Shown here: positions 11,250-24,950 of the stretch, piece after piece
Position numbering within the stretch: the first letter of the stretch is position 1
Layout: each line of letters starts with the position of its first letter
Source of the DNA: Eledone cirrhosa
Taxonomy: Eukaryota
Length of the DNA: 64,000 nucleotides
Assembly (NCBI GenBank): GCA_964016885.1
Contig: OZ024744.1
Span: forward strand, 127,844,001 to 127,908,000
Direction: 5' to 3'
Notes under the pieces: generated by a model
What the model was told of the DNA's origin: nothing
What the model saw: only the letters and a program-made list of their open reading frames with translations
The model's database searches: none
Made by a program: the position numbers and the translations under genes

Positions 11250-14200
11250 TTAAGTTAAGTTGGGGTTAAGTTAAGTTCGGCTTGAGTTAAGTTGGGGTTA
11301 AGTTAAGTTGGGGTTAATTTAAGTTGGGGTTAAGTTAAGTTGGGGTTAAGTTAAGTTGGGGGTAAGTTAAGTTGGGGTTAAGTTAAGTTGGGGGTAAGTT
11401 ATGTTGAGGGTAAGTTAAGTTGGGGTTAAGTTAAGTTGGGGTTAAATTAAGTTGGGGGTAAGTTAAGTTGGGGGTAAGTTAAGTTGGGGTTAAGTTAAGT
11501 TGGGGTTAAATTAAGTTGAGGTTAAGTTAAGTTGGGGTTAAGTTAAATTGGGGTTAATTTAAGTTGGGGGTAAGATAAGTTGGGGCTAAGTTAAGTTGGG
11601 GCTAAGTCAAGTTGGGGTTAAGTCAAGTTGAGGTTAACTTAAGTTGGGGTTATGTTAAGTTGGGGTTAAGTTGGGGCTAAGTTAAGTTGGGGCTGAGTTA
11701 AGTTGGGGTTAAGTTAAGTTGGGGTTGAGTTAAGTTGGGGTTAAGTTAAGTTGGGATTAAGTTAAGTTGGGGTTAAGTTAAGTTCGGCTTGAGTTAAGTT
11801 GGGGTTAAGTTAAGTTGGGGTTAATTTAAGTTGGGGTTAAGTTAAGTTGGGGTTAAGATAAGTTGGGGTTAAGTTAAGTTGGGGTTAACTTAAGTTGGGG
11901 TTAAGTTGGGGTTAAGTTAAGTTGGGGGTAGGTTAAGTTGGGGGCAAGTTAAGTTGGGGTTACGTTAAGTTGGGGTTAAGTTAAGTTGGGTTTAAGTTAA
12001 GTTGGGGCTAAGTTAAGTTGGGGCTAAGTTAAGTTGGGGCTGAGTTAAGTTGGGGTTAAGTTAAGTTGGGGTTGAGTTAAGTTGGGGTTATGTTAAGTTA
12101 GGGTTGAGTTAAGTTGGGGTTGAGTTAAGTTGGGGTTGAGTTAAGTTGGGGTTAAGTTAAGTTGGCGTTAAGTTAAGTTGGGGTTACGTTAAGTTGGGGT
12201 TAAGTTAATTTGCGGTTAAGTTAGGTTGTGGGTTAAGTTAAGTTGGGGTTAAGTTAAGCAGGGGTTAAGTTGGGGTAAGTTAAGTTGGGGGTAAGTTAAG
12301 TTGGGGTTAAGTTAAGTTGGGGTTAAGTTAAGTTGGGGTTGAGTTAAGTTGGGGTTGAGTTAAGTTGGGGTTAAGTTAAGTTGGGGTTAAGTTAAGTTGG
12401 GGTTAAGTTAAGTTGGGGTTAAGTTAAGTTGGGGGTAAGTTAAGTTGGGGTTAAGTTAATTTGCGGTTAAGTTAGGTTGTGGGTTAAGTTAAGTTGGGGT
12501 TAAGTTAAGCTGGGGTTAAGTTGGGGTAAGTTAAGTTGGGGTTAAGTTAAGTTGGGGTTAAGTTAAGTTGGGGTTAAGTTAAGTTGGGGGTAAGTTAAGT
12601 TGGGGGCAAGTTAAGTTGGGGTTAAGTTAAGTCGGGGATAAGTTAAGTTGGGGTTAAGTTAAGTTAGGGTTAATTCCAGTTGGGGTTATGTTAAGTTGGG
12701 GTTAAGTGAAGTTGGGGTTAAGTTAAGTTGGGGTTAAGTTAAGTTGGGGTTAAGTTGGGGTAAGTTAAGTTGGGGATAAGTTAAGTTGGGGTTAAGTTAA
12801 ACTGGGGTTAAGTTAATTTGGGGGTAAGGTAAGTTGGGGGCAAGTTAAGTTGGGGTTAAGTTAAGTTGGGGTTAAGTTAAGTTGGGGTTAATTTAAGTTG
12901 GGGTTAATTTCAGTTGGGGTTATGTTAAGTTGGGGTTAAGTTAAGTTGGGGTTAAGTTAAAGTTGGGGTTAAGTTAAGTTGGGGTTCAGTTAAGTTGGGG
13001 TTTAATTAAGTTGGGGTTAAGTTAAGTTGGGGTTAGTTAAGTTGGGGTTAAGTTAAGCTGGGGTTAAGTTGGGGTAAGTTACGTTGGGGGTAAGTTAAGT
13101 TGGGGTTAAGTTAAGTTGGGGTTAAGTTAAGTTGGGGTTGAGTTAAGTTGGGGTTAAGTTAAGTTAGGGTTAATTTCAGTTGGGGTTATGTTAAGTTGGG
13201 GTTAAGTTGGGGTTAAATTAAAGTTGGGGTTAAGTTCAGTTGGGGTTAATTTCAGTTGGGGTTATGTTAAGTTGGGGTTAAGTTAAGTTGGGGTTAAGTT
13301 AAAGTTGGGGTTAAGTTAAGTTGGGGTTAAATTAAGTTGGGGTTAAGTTAAGTTGGGGTTAAGTTAAGTTGGGGTTAAATTAAGTTGGGGTTCAGTTAAG
13401 TTGGGGTTAAGTTAAGTTGGAGTTAAGTTAAAGTTGGGGTTAAGTTAAGTTGGGGTTAAATTAAGTTGGGGTTAAGTTAAGTTGGGGTTCAGTTCAGTTG
13501 GGGTTAAGTTAAGCTGGGGGTAAGTTAAGTTGGGTGTAAGTTAAGTTGGGGTTAAGTTAAGTTGGGGTTAAGTTAAGTTGGGGTTAAGTTAAGTTGGGGT
13601 TAAGTTAAGTTGGGGTTAAGTTAAGTTGGAGTTAAGTTAAGTTGGGGTTAACTTAAGTTGGGGTTAAGTTGGGGTTAAGTTGGGGTTAAGTTAAGTTGGG
13701 GTTAAGTTAAGTTGGCGGTTAGTTAAGTTGGGGGCAAGTTAAGTTGGGGTTAATTTAAGTTGGGGTTAAGTTAAGTTGGGGTTATGTTAAGTTGGGGTTA
13801 AGTTAAGTTGGGGTTAAGTTAAGTTGGGGGTAAGTTAAGTTGGGGTTAAGTTAAGTTGGGGGTAAGTTAAGTTGAGGGTAAGTTAAGTTGGGGTTAAGTT
13901 AAGTTGGGGTTAAATTGAGTTGGGGGTAAGTTAAGTTGGGGGTAAGTTAAGTTGGGGTTAAGTTAAGTTGGGGTTAAATTAAGTTGAGGTTAAGTTAAGT
14001 TGGGGTTAAGTTAAGTTGGGGTTAAGTTAAGTAGGGGGTAAGATAAGTTGGGGCTAAGTTAAGTTGGGCCTAAGTCAAGTTGGGGTTAAGTTAAGTTGGG
14101 GTTAAGTTAAGTTGGGGTTAAGGTAAGTTGGGGTTATGTTAAGTTGGGGCTAAGTTAAGTTGGGGCTGAGTTAAGTTGGGGTTAAGTTAAGTTGGGGTTG

Positions 14201-17200
14201 AGTTAAGTTGGGGTTAAGTTAAGTTGGGATTAAGTTAAGTTGGGGTTAAGTTAAGTTCGGCTTGAGTTAAGTTGGGGTTAAGTTAAGTTGGGGTTAATTT
14301 AAGTTGGGGTTAAGTTAAGTTGGGGTTAAGATAAGTTGGGGTTAAGTTAAGTTGGGGTTAAGTTAAGTTGGGGTTGAGTTAATTTGGGGTTAAGTTAAGT
14401 TGGGGTTAACTTAAGTTGGGGTTAAGTTGGGGTTAAGTTAAGTTGGGGTTAAGTTAAGTTGGGGTTAACTTAAGTTGGGGTTAAGTTGGGGTTAAGTTAA
14501 GTTGGGGTTAAGTTAAGTTGGGGGTAGGTTAAGTTGGGGGCAAGTTAAGTTGGGGTTAAGTTAAGTTGGGGTTAAGTTAAGTTGGGTTTAAGTTAAGTTG
14601 GGGCTAAGTTAAGTTGGGGCTAAGTTAAGTTGGGGCTGAGTTAAGTTGGGGTTAAGTTAAGTTGGGGTTGAGTTAAGTTGGGGTTATGTTAAGTTAGGGT
14701 TGAGTTAAGTTGGGGTTGAGTTAAGTTGGGGTTGAGTTAAGTTGGGGTTAAGTTAAGTTGGCGTTAAGTTAAGTTGGGGTTAAGTTAAGTTGGGGTTAAG
14801 TTAATTTGCGGTTAAGTTAGGTTGTGGGTTAAGTTACGTTGGGGTTAACTTAAGCAGGGGTTAAGTTGGGGTAAGTTAAGTTGGGGGTAAGTTAAGTTGG
14901 GGTTAAGTTAAGTTGGGGTTAAGTTAAGTTGGGGTTAAGTTAAGTTGGGGTTGAGTTAAGTTGGGGTTGGGTTAAGTTGGGGTTAAGTTAAGTTGGGGTT
15001 AAGTTAAGTTGGGGTTAGGTTAAGTTGGGGTTAAGTTAAGTTGGGGGTAAGTTAAGTTGGGGTTAAGTTAATTTGCGGTTAAGTTAGGTTGTGGGTTAAG
15101 TTAAGTTGGGGTTAAGTTAAGCTGGGGTTAAGTTGGGGTAAGTTAAGTTGGGGTTAAGTTAAGTTGGGGTTAAGTTAAGTTGGGGTTAAGTTAAGTTGGG
15201 GGTAAGTTAAGTTGGGGGCAAGTTAAGTTGGGGTTAAGTTAAGTTGGGGTTAAGTTAAGTTGGGGTTAAGTTAAGTTGGGGTTAAGTTAAGTTGGGGTTA
15301 AGTTAAGTTAGGGTTAATTTCAGTTGGGGTTATGTTAAGTTGGGGTTAAGTTAAGTTGGGGTTAAGTTAAGTTGGGGTTAAGTTAAGTTGGGGTTAAGTT
15401 AAGTTGGGGTTAAGTTATGTTGGGGGTAAGTTAAGTTGGGGTTAAGTTAATTTGCGGTTAAGTTAGGTTGGGGGTTAAGTTAAGTTGGGGTTAAGTTAAG
15501 TTAGGTTTAAGTTAAGTTGGGGTTAAGTTGGGGTAAGTTAAGTTGGGGCTAAGTTAAGTTGGGGTTAAGTTAAGTTGGGGTTAAGTTAAGTTGGGGGTAA
15601 GTTAAGTTGGGGGCAAGTTAAGTTGGGGTTAAGTTAAGTTGGGGTTAAGTTAAGTTGGGGTTAAGTTAAGTTGGGGTTAAGTTAAGTTGGGGTTAATTTC
15701 AGTTGGGGTTATGTTAAGTTGGGGTTAAGTTAAGTTGGGGTTAAGTTAAAGTTGGGGTTAAGTTAAGTTGGGGTTCAGTTAAGTTGGGGTTAAATTAAGT
15801 TGGGGTTAAGTTAAGTTGGGGTTAGTTAAGTTGGGGTTAAGTTAAGCTGGGGTTAAGTTGGGGTAAGTTAAGTTGGGGGTAAGTTAAGTTGGGGGCAAGT
15901 TAAGTTGGGGTTAAGTTAAGTTGGGGTTAAGTTAAGTTGGGGTTGAGTTAAGTTGGGGTTAAGTTAAGTTAGGGTTAATTTCAGTTGGGGTTATGTTAAG
16001 TTGGGGTTAAGTTAAGTTGGGGTTAAGTTAAAGTTGGGGTTAAGTTCAGTTGGGGTTAATTTCAGTTGGGGTTATGTTAAGTTGGGGTTAAGTTAAGTTG
16101 GGGTTAAGTTAAAGTTGGGGTTAAGTTAAGTTGGGGTTAAGTTAAAGTTGGGGTAAAGTTAAGTTAGGGTTAAGTTAAGTTGGGGTTAAGTTAAGTTGGG
16201 GTTAAATTAAGTTGGGGTTAAGTTAAGTTGGGGTTAAGTTAAGTTGGGGTTAAATTAAGTTGGGGTTCAGTTAAGTTGGGGTTAAGTTAAGTTGGAGTTA
16301 AGTTAAGTTCGGGTTAAGTTAAGTTGGGGTTCAGTTCAGTTGGGGTTAAGTTAAGTTGGGGTTAAGTTAAGCTGGGGGTAAGTTAAGTTGGGTGTAAGTT
16401 AAGTTGGGGTTAAGTTAAGTTGGGGTTAAGTTAAGTTGGGGTTAAATTAAGTTGGGTTTAAGTTAAGTTGGGGTTATGTTAAGTTGGGGTTAAGTTAAGT
16501 TACGGTTAAGTTAAGTTGGGGTTAAGTTAAGTTGGGGTTAAGTTAAGTTGGGGTTAAGTTAAGTTGGAGTTAAGTTAAGTTGGGGTTAACTTAAGTTGGT
16601 GTTAAGTTGGGGTTAAGTTAAGTTGGGGGTTAGTTAAGTTGGGGGCAAGTTAAGTTGGGGTTAATTTAAGTTGGGGTTAAGTTAAGTTGGGGTTATGTTA
16701 AGTTGGGGTTAAGTTAAGTTGGGGTTAAGTTAAGTTGGGGGTAAGTTAAGTTGGGGTTAAGTTAAGTTGGGGGTAAGTTAAGTTGGGGGTAAGTTAAGTT
16801 GAGGGTAAGTTAAGTTGGGGTTAAGTTAAGTTGGGGTTAAATTGAGTTGGGGGTAAGTTAAGTTGGGGGTAAGTTAAGTTGGGGTTAAGTTAAGTTGGGG
16901 TTAAATTAAGTTGGGGTTGAGTTAAGTTGGGGTTGAGTTAAGTTGGGGTTAAGTTAAGTTGGGGTTAAGTTAAGTTGGGGTTAAGTTAAGTTGGTGTTAA
17001 GTTAAGTTGGGGGTAAGTTAAGTTGGGGTTAAGTTAATTTGCGGTTAAGTTAAGTTGGGGTTAAGTTAAGCTGGGGTTAAGTTGGGGTAAGTTAAGTTGG
17101 GGTTAAGTTGGGGTAAGTTAAGTTGGGGTTAAGTTAAGTTGGGGTTAAGTTAAACTGGGGTTAAGTTAAGTTGGGGGTAAGGTAAGTTGGGGGCAAGTTA

Positions 17201-20200
17201 AGTTGGGGTTAAGTTAAGTTGGGGTTAAGTTAAGTTGGGGTTAATTTCAGTTGGGGTTATGTTAAGTTGGGGTTAAGTTAAGTTGGGGTTAAGTTAAAGT
17301 TGGGGTTAAGTTAAGTTGGGGTTCAGTTAAGTTGGGGTTTAATTAAGTTGGGGTTAAGTTAAGTTGGGGTTAGTTAAGTTGGGGTTAAGTTAAGTTGGGG
17401 TTAAGTTGGGGTAAGTTAAGTTGGGGGTAAGTTAAGTTGGGGTTAAGTTAAGTTGGGGTTAAGTTAAGTTGGGGTTGAGTTAAGTTGGGGTTAAGTTAAG
17501 TTAGGGTTAATTTCAGTTGGGGTTATGTTAAGTTGGGGTTAAGTTAAGTTGGGGTTAAGTTAAAGTTGGGGTTAAGTTCAGTTGGGGTTAATTTCAGTTG
17601 GGGTTATGTTAAGTTGGGGTTAAGTTAAGTTGGGGTTAAGTTAAAGTTGGGGTTAAGTTAAGTTGGGGTTAAGTTAAAGTTGGGGTAAAGTTAAGTTAGG
17701 GTTAAGTTAAGTTGGGGTTAAGTTAAGTTGGGGTTAAATTAAGTTGGGGTTAAGTTAAGTTGGGGTTAAGTTAAGTTGGGGTTAAATTAAGTTGGGGTTC
17801 AGTTAAGTTGGGGTTAAGTTAAGTTGGAGTTAAGTTAAGTTCGGGTTAAGTTAAGTTGGGGTTCAGTTCAGTTGGGGTTAAGTTAAGTTGGGGTTAAGTT
17901 AAGCTGGGGGTAAGTTAAGTTGGGTGTAAGTTAAGTTGGGGTTAAGTTAAGTTGGGGTTAAGTTAAGTTGGGGTTAAATTAAGTTGGGGTTAAGTTAAGT
18001 TGGGGTTATGTTAAGTTGGGGTTAAGTTAAGTTGCGGTTAAGTTAAGTTGGGGTTAAGTTAAGTGGGGTTAAGTTAAGTTGGGGTTAAGTTAAGTTGGAG
18101 TTAAGTTAAGTTGGGGTTAACTTAAGTTGGTGTTAAGTTGGGGTTAAGTTAAGTTGGGGGTTAGTTAAGTTGGGGGCAAGTTAAGTTGGGGTTAATTTAA
18201 GTTGGGGTTAAGTTAAGTTGGGGTTATGTTAAGTTGGGGTTAAGTTAAGTTGGGGTTAAGTTAAGTTGGGGTTAAGTTAAGTTGGGGGTAAGTTAAGTTG
18301 GGGTTAAGTTAAGTTGGGGGTAAGTTAAGTTGGGGGTAAGTTAAGTTGAGGGTAAGTTAAGTTGGGGTTAAGTTAAGTTGGGGTTAAATTGAGTTGGGGG
18401 TAAGTTAAGTTGGGGGTAAGTTAAGTTGGGGTTAAGTTAAGTTGGGGTTAAATTAAGTTGAGGTTAAGTTAAGTTGGGGTTAAGTTAAGTTGGGGTTAAG
18501 TTAAGTTCGGCTTGAGTTAAGTTGGGGTTAAGTTAAGTTGGGGTTAATTTAAGTTGGGGTTAAGTTAAGTTGGGGTTAAGTTAAGTTGGGGGTAAGTTAA
18601 GTTGGGGTTAAGTTAAGTTGGGGGTAAGTTAAGTTGAGGGTAAGTTAAGTTGGGGTTAAGTTAAGTTGGGGTTAAATTAAGTTGGGGGTAAGTTAAGTTG
18701 GGGGTAAGTTAAGTTGGGGTTAAGTTAAGTTGGGGTTAAATTAAGTTGAGGTTAAGTTAAGTTGGGGTTAAGTTAAATTGGGGTTAATTTAAGTTGGGGG
18801 TAAGATAAGTTGGGGCTAAGTTAAGTTGGGGCTAAGTCAAGTTGGGGTTAAGTCAAGTTGAGGTTGAGTTAAGTTGGGGTTAAGTTAAGTTGGGGTTGAG
18901 TTAAGTTGGGGTTAAGTTAAGTTGGGATTAAGTTAAGTTGGGGTTAAGTTAAGTTCGGCTTGAGTTAAGTTGGGGTTAAGTTAAGTTGGGGTTAATTTAA
19001 GTTGGGGTTAAGTTAAGTTGGGGTTAAGATAAGTTGGGGTTAAGTTAAGTTGGGGTTAACTTAAGTTGGGGTTAAGTTGGGGTTAAGTTAAGTTGGGGTT
19101 AAGTTAAGTTGGGGGTAGGTTAAGTTGGGGGCAAGTTAAGTTGGGGTTAAGTTAAGTTGGGGTTAAATTAAGTTGGGTTTAAGTTAAGTTGGGGCTAAGT
19201 TAAGTTGGGGCTAAGTTAAGTTGGGGCTGAGTTAAGTTGGGGTTAAGTTAAGTTGGGGTTGAGTTAAGTTGGGGTTATGTTAAGTTAGGGTTGAGTTAAG
19301 TTGGGGTTGAGTTAAGTTGGGGTTGAGTTAAGTTGGGGTTAAGTTAAGTTGGCGTTAAGTTAAGTTGGGGTTAAGTTAAGTTGGGGTTAAGTTAATTTGC
19401 GGTTAAGTTAGGTTGTGGGTTAAGTTAAGTTGGGGTTAAGTTAAGCAGGGGTTAAGTTGGGGTAAGTTAAGTTGGGGGTAAGTTAAGTTGGGGTTAAGTT
19501 AAGTTGGGGTTAAGTTAAGTTGGGGTTGAGTTAAGTTGGGGTTGAGTTAAGTTGGGGTTAAGTTAAGTTGGGGTTAAGTTAAGTTGGGGTTAAGTTAAGT
19601 TGGTGTTAAGTTAAGTTGGGGGTAAGTTAAGTTGGGGTTAAGTTAATTTGCGGTTAAGTTAAGTTGGGGTTAAGTTAAGCTGGGGTTAAGTTGGGGTAAG
19701 TTAAGTTGGGGTTAAGTTGGGGTAAGTTAAGTTGGGGTTAAGTTAAGTTGGGGTTAAGTTAAACTGGGGTTAAGTTAAGTTGGGGGTAAGGTAAGTTGGG
19801 GGCAAGTTAAGTTGGGGTTAAGTTAAGTTGGGGTTAAGTTAAGTTGGGGTTAAGTTAAGTTGGGGTTAATTTCAGTTGGGGTTATGTTAAGTTGGGGTTA
19901 AGTTAAGTTGGGGTTAAGTTAAAGTTGGGGTTAAGTTAAGTTGGGGTTCAGTTAAGTTGGGGTTTAATTAAGTTGGGGTTAAGTTAAGTTGGGGTTAGTT
20001 AAGTTGGGGTTAAGTTAAGCTGGGGTTAAGTTGGGGTAAGTTACGTTGGGGGTAAGTTAAGTTGGGGTTAAGTTAAGTTGGGGTTAAGTTAAGTTGGGGT
20101 TGAGTTAAGTTGGGGTTAAGTTAAGTTAGGGTTAATTTCAGTTGGGGTTATGTTAAGTTGGGGTTAAGTTAAGTTGGGGTTAAGTTAAAGTTGGGGTTAA

Positions 20201-21550
20201 GTTCAGTTGGGGTTAATTTCAGTTGGGGTTATGTTAAGTTGGGGTTAAGTTAAGTTGGGGTTAAGTTAAAGTTGGGGTTAAGTTAAGTTGGGGTTAAATT
20301 AAGTTGGGGTTAAGTTAAGTTGGGGTTAAGTTAAGTTGGGGTTAAATTAAGTTGGGGTTCAGTTAAGTTGTGGTTAAGTTAAGTTGGAGTTAAGTTAAGT
20401 TGGGGTTAAGTTAAGTTGGGGTTCAGTTCAGTTGGGGTTAAGTTAAGTTGGGGTTAAGTTAAGCTGGGGGTAAGTTAAGTTGGGTGTAAGTTAAGTTGGG
20501 GTTAAGTTAAGTTGGGGTTAAGTTAATTTGGGGTTAAATTAAGTTGGGGTTAAGTTAAGTTGGGGTTATGTTAAGTTGGGGTTAAGTTAAGTTGCGGTTA
20601 AGTTAAGTTGGGGTTAAGTTAAGTTGGGGTTAAGTTAAGTTGGGGTTAAGTTAAGTTGGAGTTAAGTTAAGTTGGGGTTAACTTAAGTTGGGGTTAAGTT
20701 GGGGTTAAGTTGGGGTTAAGTTAAGTTGGGGTTAAGTTAAGTTGGCGGTTAGTTAAGTTGGGGGCAAGTTAAGTTGGGGTTAATTTAAGTTGGGGTTAAG
20801 TTAAGTTGGGGTTATGTTAAGTTGGGGTTAAGTTAAGTTGGGGTTAAGTTAAGTTGGGGGTAAGTTAAGTTGGGGTTAAGTTAAGTTGGGGGTAAGTTAA
20901 GTTGAGGGTAAGTTAAGTTGGGGTTAAGTTAAGTTGGGGTTAAATTGAGTTGGGGGTAAGTTAAGTTGGGGGTAAGTTAAGTTGGGGTTAAGTTAAGTTG
21001 GGGTTAAATTAAGTTGAGGTTAAGTTAAGTTGGGGTTAAGTTAAGTTGGGGTTAAGTTAAGTTGGGGGTAAGATAAGTTGGGGCTAAGTTAAGTTGGGGC
21101 TAAGTCAAGTTGGGGTTAAGTTAAGTTGGGGTTAAGTTAAGTTGGGGTTAAAGTAAGTTGGGGTTATGTTAAGTTGGGGCTAAGTTAAGTTGGGGCTGAG
21201 TTAAGTTGGGGTTAAGTTAAGTTGGGGTTGAGTTAAGTTGGGGTTAAGTTAAGTTGGGATTAAGTTAAGTTGGGGTTAAGTTAAGTTCGGCTTGAGTTAA
21301 GTTGGGGTTAAGTTAAGTTGGGGTTAATTTAAGTTGGGGTTAAGTTAAGTTGGGGTTAAGATAAGTTGGGGTTAAGTTAAGTTGGGGTTAAGTTAAGTTG
21401 GGGTTGAGTTAATTTGGGGTTAAGTTAAGTTGGGGTTAACTTAAGTTGGGGTTAAGTTGGGGTTAAGTTAAGTTGGGGTTAAGTTAAGTTGGGGGTAGGT
21501 TAAGTTGGGGGCAAGTTAAGTTGGGGTTAAGTTAAGTTGGGGTTAAGTTA
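11250..21550 (+). repeat. Higher-order duplication with ~7.0-7.2 kb offset (~11.3-14.5 kb vs ~18.5-21.5 kb)
   Basis: AAGCAGGGG 12256/19443, AAACTGGGG 12799/19761, TTGGCGGTTAG 13712/20742. Confidence 0.75.
15690..18450 (+). repeat. ~1.53 kb offset duplication
   Basis: TTCGGGTTAAG 16308/17840 (1532) and TTGGTGTTAAGTTGGGG 16596/18127 (1531). Confidence 0.75.
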
Positions 21551-23659
21551 AGTTGGGGGTAAGTTAAGTTGGGGTTAAGTTAAGTTGGGGTTAAGTTAAG
21601 TTGGGTTTAGGTTAAGTTGGGGCTAATTTAAGTTGGGGCTAAGTTAAGTTGGGGCTGAGTTAAGTTGGGGTTAAGTTAAGTTGGGGTTGAGTTAAGTTGG
21701 GGTTATGTTAAGTTAGGGTTGAGTTAAGTTGGGGTTGAGTTAAGTTGGGGTTGAGTTAAGTAGGGGTTAAGTTAAGTTGGCGTTAAGTTAAGTTGGGGTT
21801 AAGTTAAGTTGGGGTCAAGTTAATTTGCGGTTAAGTTAGGTTGTGGGTTAAGTTAAGTTGGGGTTAAGTTAAGCTGGGGTTAAGTTGGGGTAAGTTAAGT
21901 TGGGGGTAAGTTAAGTTGGGGTTAAGTTAAGTTGGGGTTGAGTTAAGTTGGGGTTGAGTTAAGTTGGGGTTGAGTTAAGTTGGGGTTGAGTTAAGTTGGG
22001 GTTAAGTTAAGTTGGGGTTAAGTTAAGTTGGGGTTAAGTTAAGTTGGGGTTAAGTTAAGTTGGGGTTAAGTTAAGTTGGGGTTAAGTTAAGTTAAGGTTA
22101 ATTTCAGTTGGGGTTATGTTAAGTTGGGGTTAAGTTAAGTTGGGGTTAAGTTAAAGTTGGGGTTAAGTTAAGTTGGGGTAAAGTTAAGTTAGGGTTAAGT
22201 TAAGTTGGGGTTAAGTTAAGTTGGGGTTAAATTAAGTTGGGGTTAAGTTAAGTTGGGGTTAAGTTAAGTTGGGGTTAAATTAAGTTGGGGTTCAGTTAAG
22301 TTGGGGTTAAATTAAGTTGGGGTTAAGTTAAGTTGGGGTTAGTTAAGTTGGGGTTAAGTTAAGTTGGGGTTAAGTTAAGTTGGGGTTAAGTTAAGTTGGA
22401 GTTAAGTCAAGTTGGGGTTAAGTCAAGTTGGGGTTAAGTTAAGTTGGGGTTAAGTTAAGTTGGGGTTAAGTTAAGTTGGGGGTAAATTAAGTTGGGTGTA
22501 AGTTAAGTTGGGGTTAAGTTAAGTTGGGGTTCAGTTCAGTTGGGGTTAAGTTAAGTTGGGGTTAAGTTAAGCTGGGGGTAAGTTAAGTTGGGTGTAAGTT
22601 AAGTTGGGGTTAAGTTAAGTTGGGGTTAAGTTAAGTTGGGGTTAAATTAAGTTGGGGTTAAGTTAAGTTGGGGTTATGTTAAGTCGGGGTTAAGTTAAGT
22701 TGGGGTTAAGTGAAGTTGGGGTTGAGTTAATTTGGGGTTAAGTTAAGTTGGGGTTAACTTAAGTTGGGGTTAAGTTAAGTTGGGGTTAAGTTAAGTTGGA
22801 GGTAAGTTAAGTTGGGGGCAAGTTGAGTTGGGGTTAAGTTAAGTTGGGGTTAAGTTAAGTTGGGGTTAAGCTAAGTTGGGGTTCAGTTAAGTTGGGGTTA
22901 AGTTAATTTGCGGTTAAGTTAAGTTGTGGGTAAGTTAAGTTGGGGTAAGTTAAGTTGGGGGTAAGTTAAGTTGGGGTTAAGTTAAGTTGGGGTTAAATTA
23001 AGTTGGGGTTAAGTTAAGTTGGGGTTAAGTTAAGTTGGGGTTAAGTTAAGTTGGGGGTAAGTTAAGTTGGGGCTAAGTTAAGTTGGGGCTAAGTCAAGTT
23101 GGGGTTAATTTAAGTTGAGGTTAACTTAAGTTGGGGTTAAGTTAAGTTGGGGTTAAGTTAAGTTGGGGTTAACTTAAGTTGGGGTTAAGTTAAGTTGGGG
23201 TTAAGTTAAGTTGGGGTTAAGTTAAGTTGGGGTTAAGATAAGTTGGGGTTAATTTAAGTTGGGGTTAAGTTAAGTTGGGGTTGAGTTAATTTGGGGTTAA
23301 GTTGGGGTTAAGTTAAGTTGAGGTTAAGTTAAGTTTGGGGTAGGTTAAGTTGGGGGCAAGTTAAGTTGGGGTTAAGTTAAGTTGGGGTTAAGTTGGGGTT
23401 AAGTTAAGTTGGGGGTAAGATAAGTTGGGGGTAAGTTAAGTTGGGGTTAAGTTAAGTTGGGGCTAAGTTAAGTTGGGGCTCAGTTAAGTTGGGGCTGAGT
23501 TAAGTTGGGGTTAAGTTAAGTTGGGGTTGAGTTAAGTTGGGGTTATGTTAAGTTAGGGTTGAGTTAAGTTGGGGTTGAGTTAAGTTGGGGTTAAGTTACG
23601 TTGGCGTTAAGTTAAGTTGGGGTTAAGTTAAGTTGGGGTTAAGTTAATTTGCGGTTAAG

Positions 23660-24950
23660 TTAGGTTGTGGGTTAAGTTAAGTTGGGGTTAAGTTAAGCTG
23701 GGGTTAAGTTGGGGTAAGTTAAGTTGGGGGTAAGTTAAGTTGGGGTTAAGTTAAGTTGGGGTTAAGTTAGTTGGGGTTAAGTTAAGTTGGGGTTAAGTTA
23801 AGTTGGGGTTGAGTTAAGGTGGGGTTGAGTTAAGTTGGGGTTAAGTTAAGTTGGGGTTAAGTTAAGTTGGGGTTAAGTTAAGTTGGGGGTAAGTTAAGTT
23901 GGGGGCAAGTTAAGTTGGGGTTAAGTTAAGTTGGGGTTAAGTTAAGTTGGGGTTAAGTTAAGTTAGGGTTAATTTCAGTTTGGGTTATGTTAAGTTGGGG
24001 TTAAGTTAAGTTGGGGTTAAGTTAAGTTGGGGGTAAGTTAAGTGGGGTGTAAGTTAAGTTGGGGTTAAGTTAAGTTGGGGTTCAGTTCAGTTGGGGTTAA
24101 GTTAAGTTGGGGTTAAGTTAAGCTGGGGGTAAGTTAAGTTGGGTGTAAGTTAAGTTGGGGTTAAGTTAAGTTGGGGTTAAGTTAAGTTGGGGGTTAGTTA
24201 AGTTGGGGGCAAGTTAAGTTGGGGTAAATTTAAGTTGGGGTTAAGTTAAGTTGGGGTTATGTTAAGTTGGGGTTAAGTTAAGTTGGGTTTAAGTTAGGTT
24301 GTGGGTTAAGTTAAGTTGGGGTTAAGTTAAGCTGGGGTTAAGTTGGGGTAAGTTAAATTGGGGGTAAGTTAAGTTGGGGTTAAGTTAAGTTGGGGTTAAG
24401 TTAGTTGGGGTTAAGTTAAGTTGGGGTTAAGTTAAGTTGGGGTTGAGTTAAGGTGGGGTTGAGTTAAGTTGGGGTTAAGTTAAGTTTGGGTTAAGTTAAG
24501 TTGGGGTTAAGTTAAGTTGGGCTTAAGTTAAGTTGGGGTTAAGTTAAGTTGGGGGTAAGTTAAGTTGGGGGCAAGTTAAGTTGGGGTTAAGTCAAGTTGG
24601 GGTTAAGTTAAGTTGGGGTTAAGTTAAGTTAGGGTTAATTTCAGTTGGGGTTATGTTAAGTTGGGGTTAAGTTAAGTTGGGGTTAAGTTAAGTTGGGGGT
24701 AAGTTAAGTGGGGTGTAAGTTAAGTTGGGGTTAAGTTAAGTTGGGGTTCAGTTCAGTTGGGGTTAAGTTAAGTTGGGGTTAAGTTAAGCTGGGGGTAAGT
24801 TAAGTTGGGTGTAAGTTAAGTTGGGGTTAAGTTAAGTTGGGGTTAAGTTAAGTTGGGGGTTAGTTAAGTTGGGGGCAAGTTAAGTTGGGGTAAATTTAAG
24901 TTGGGGTTAAGTTAAGTTGGGGTTATGTTAAGTTGGGGTTAAGTTAAGTT
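23660..24950 (+). repeat. ~0.65 kb tandem duplication
   Basis: AAGGTGGGG 23816/24450 and GGGGTAAATTTAAG 24221/24887. The TTAAGTTAGTTGGGG deletion variant is present in both copies. Confidence 0.8.
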
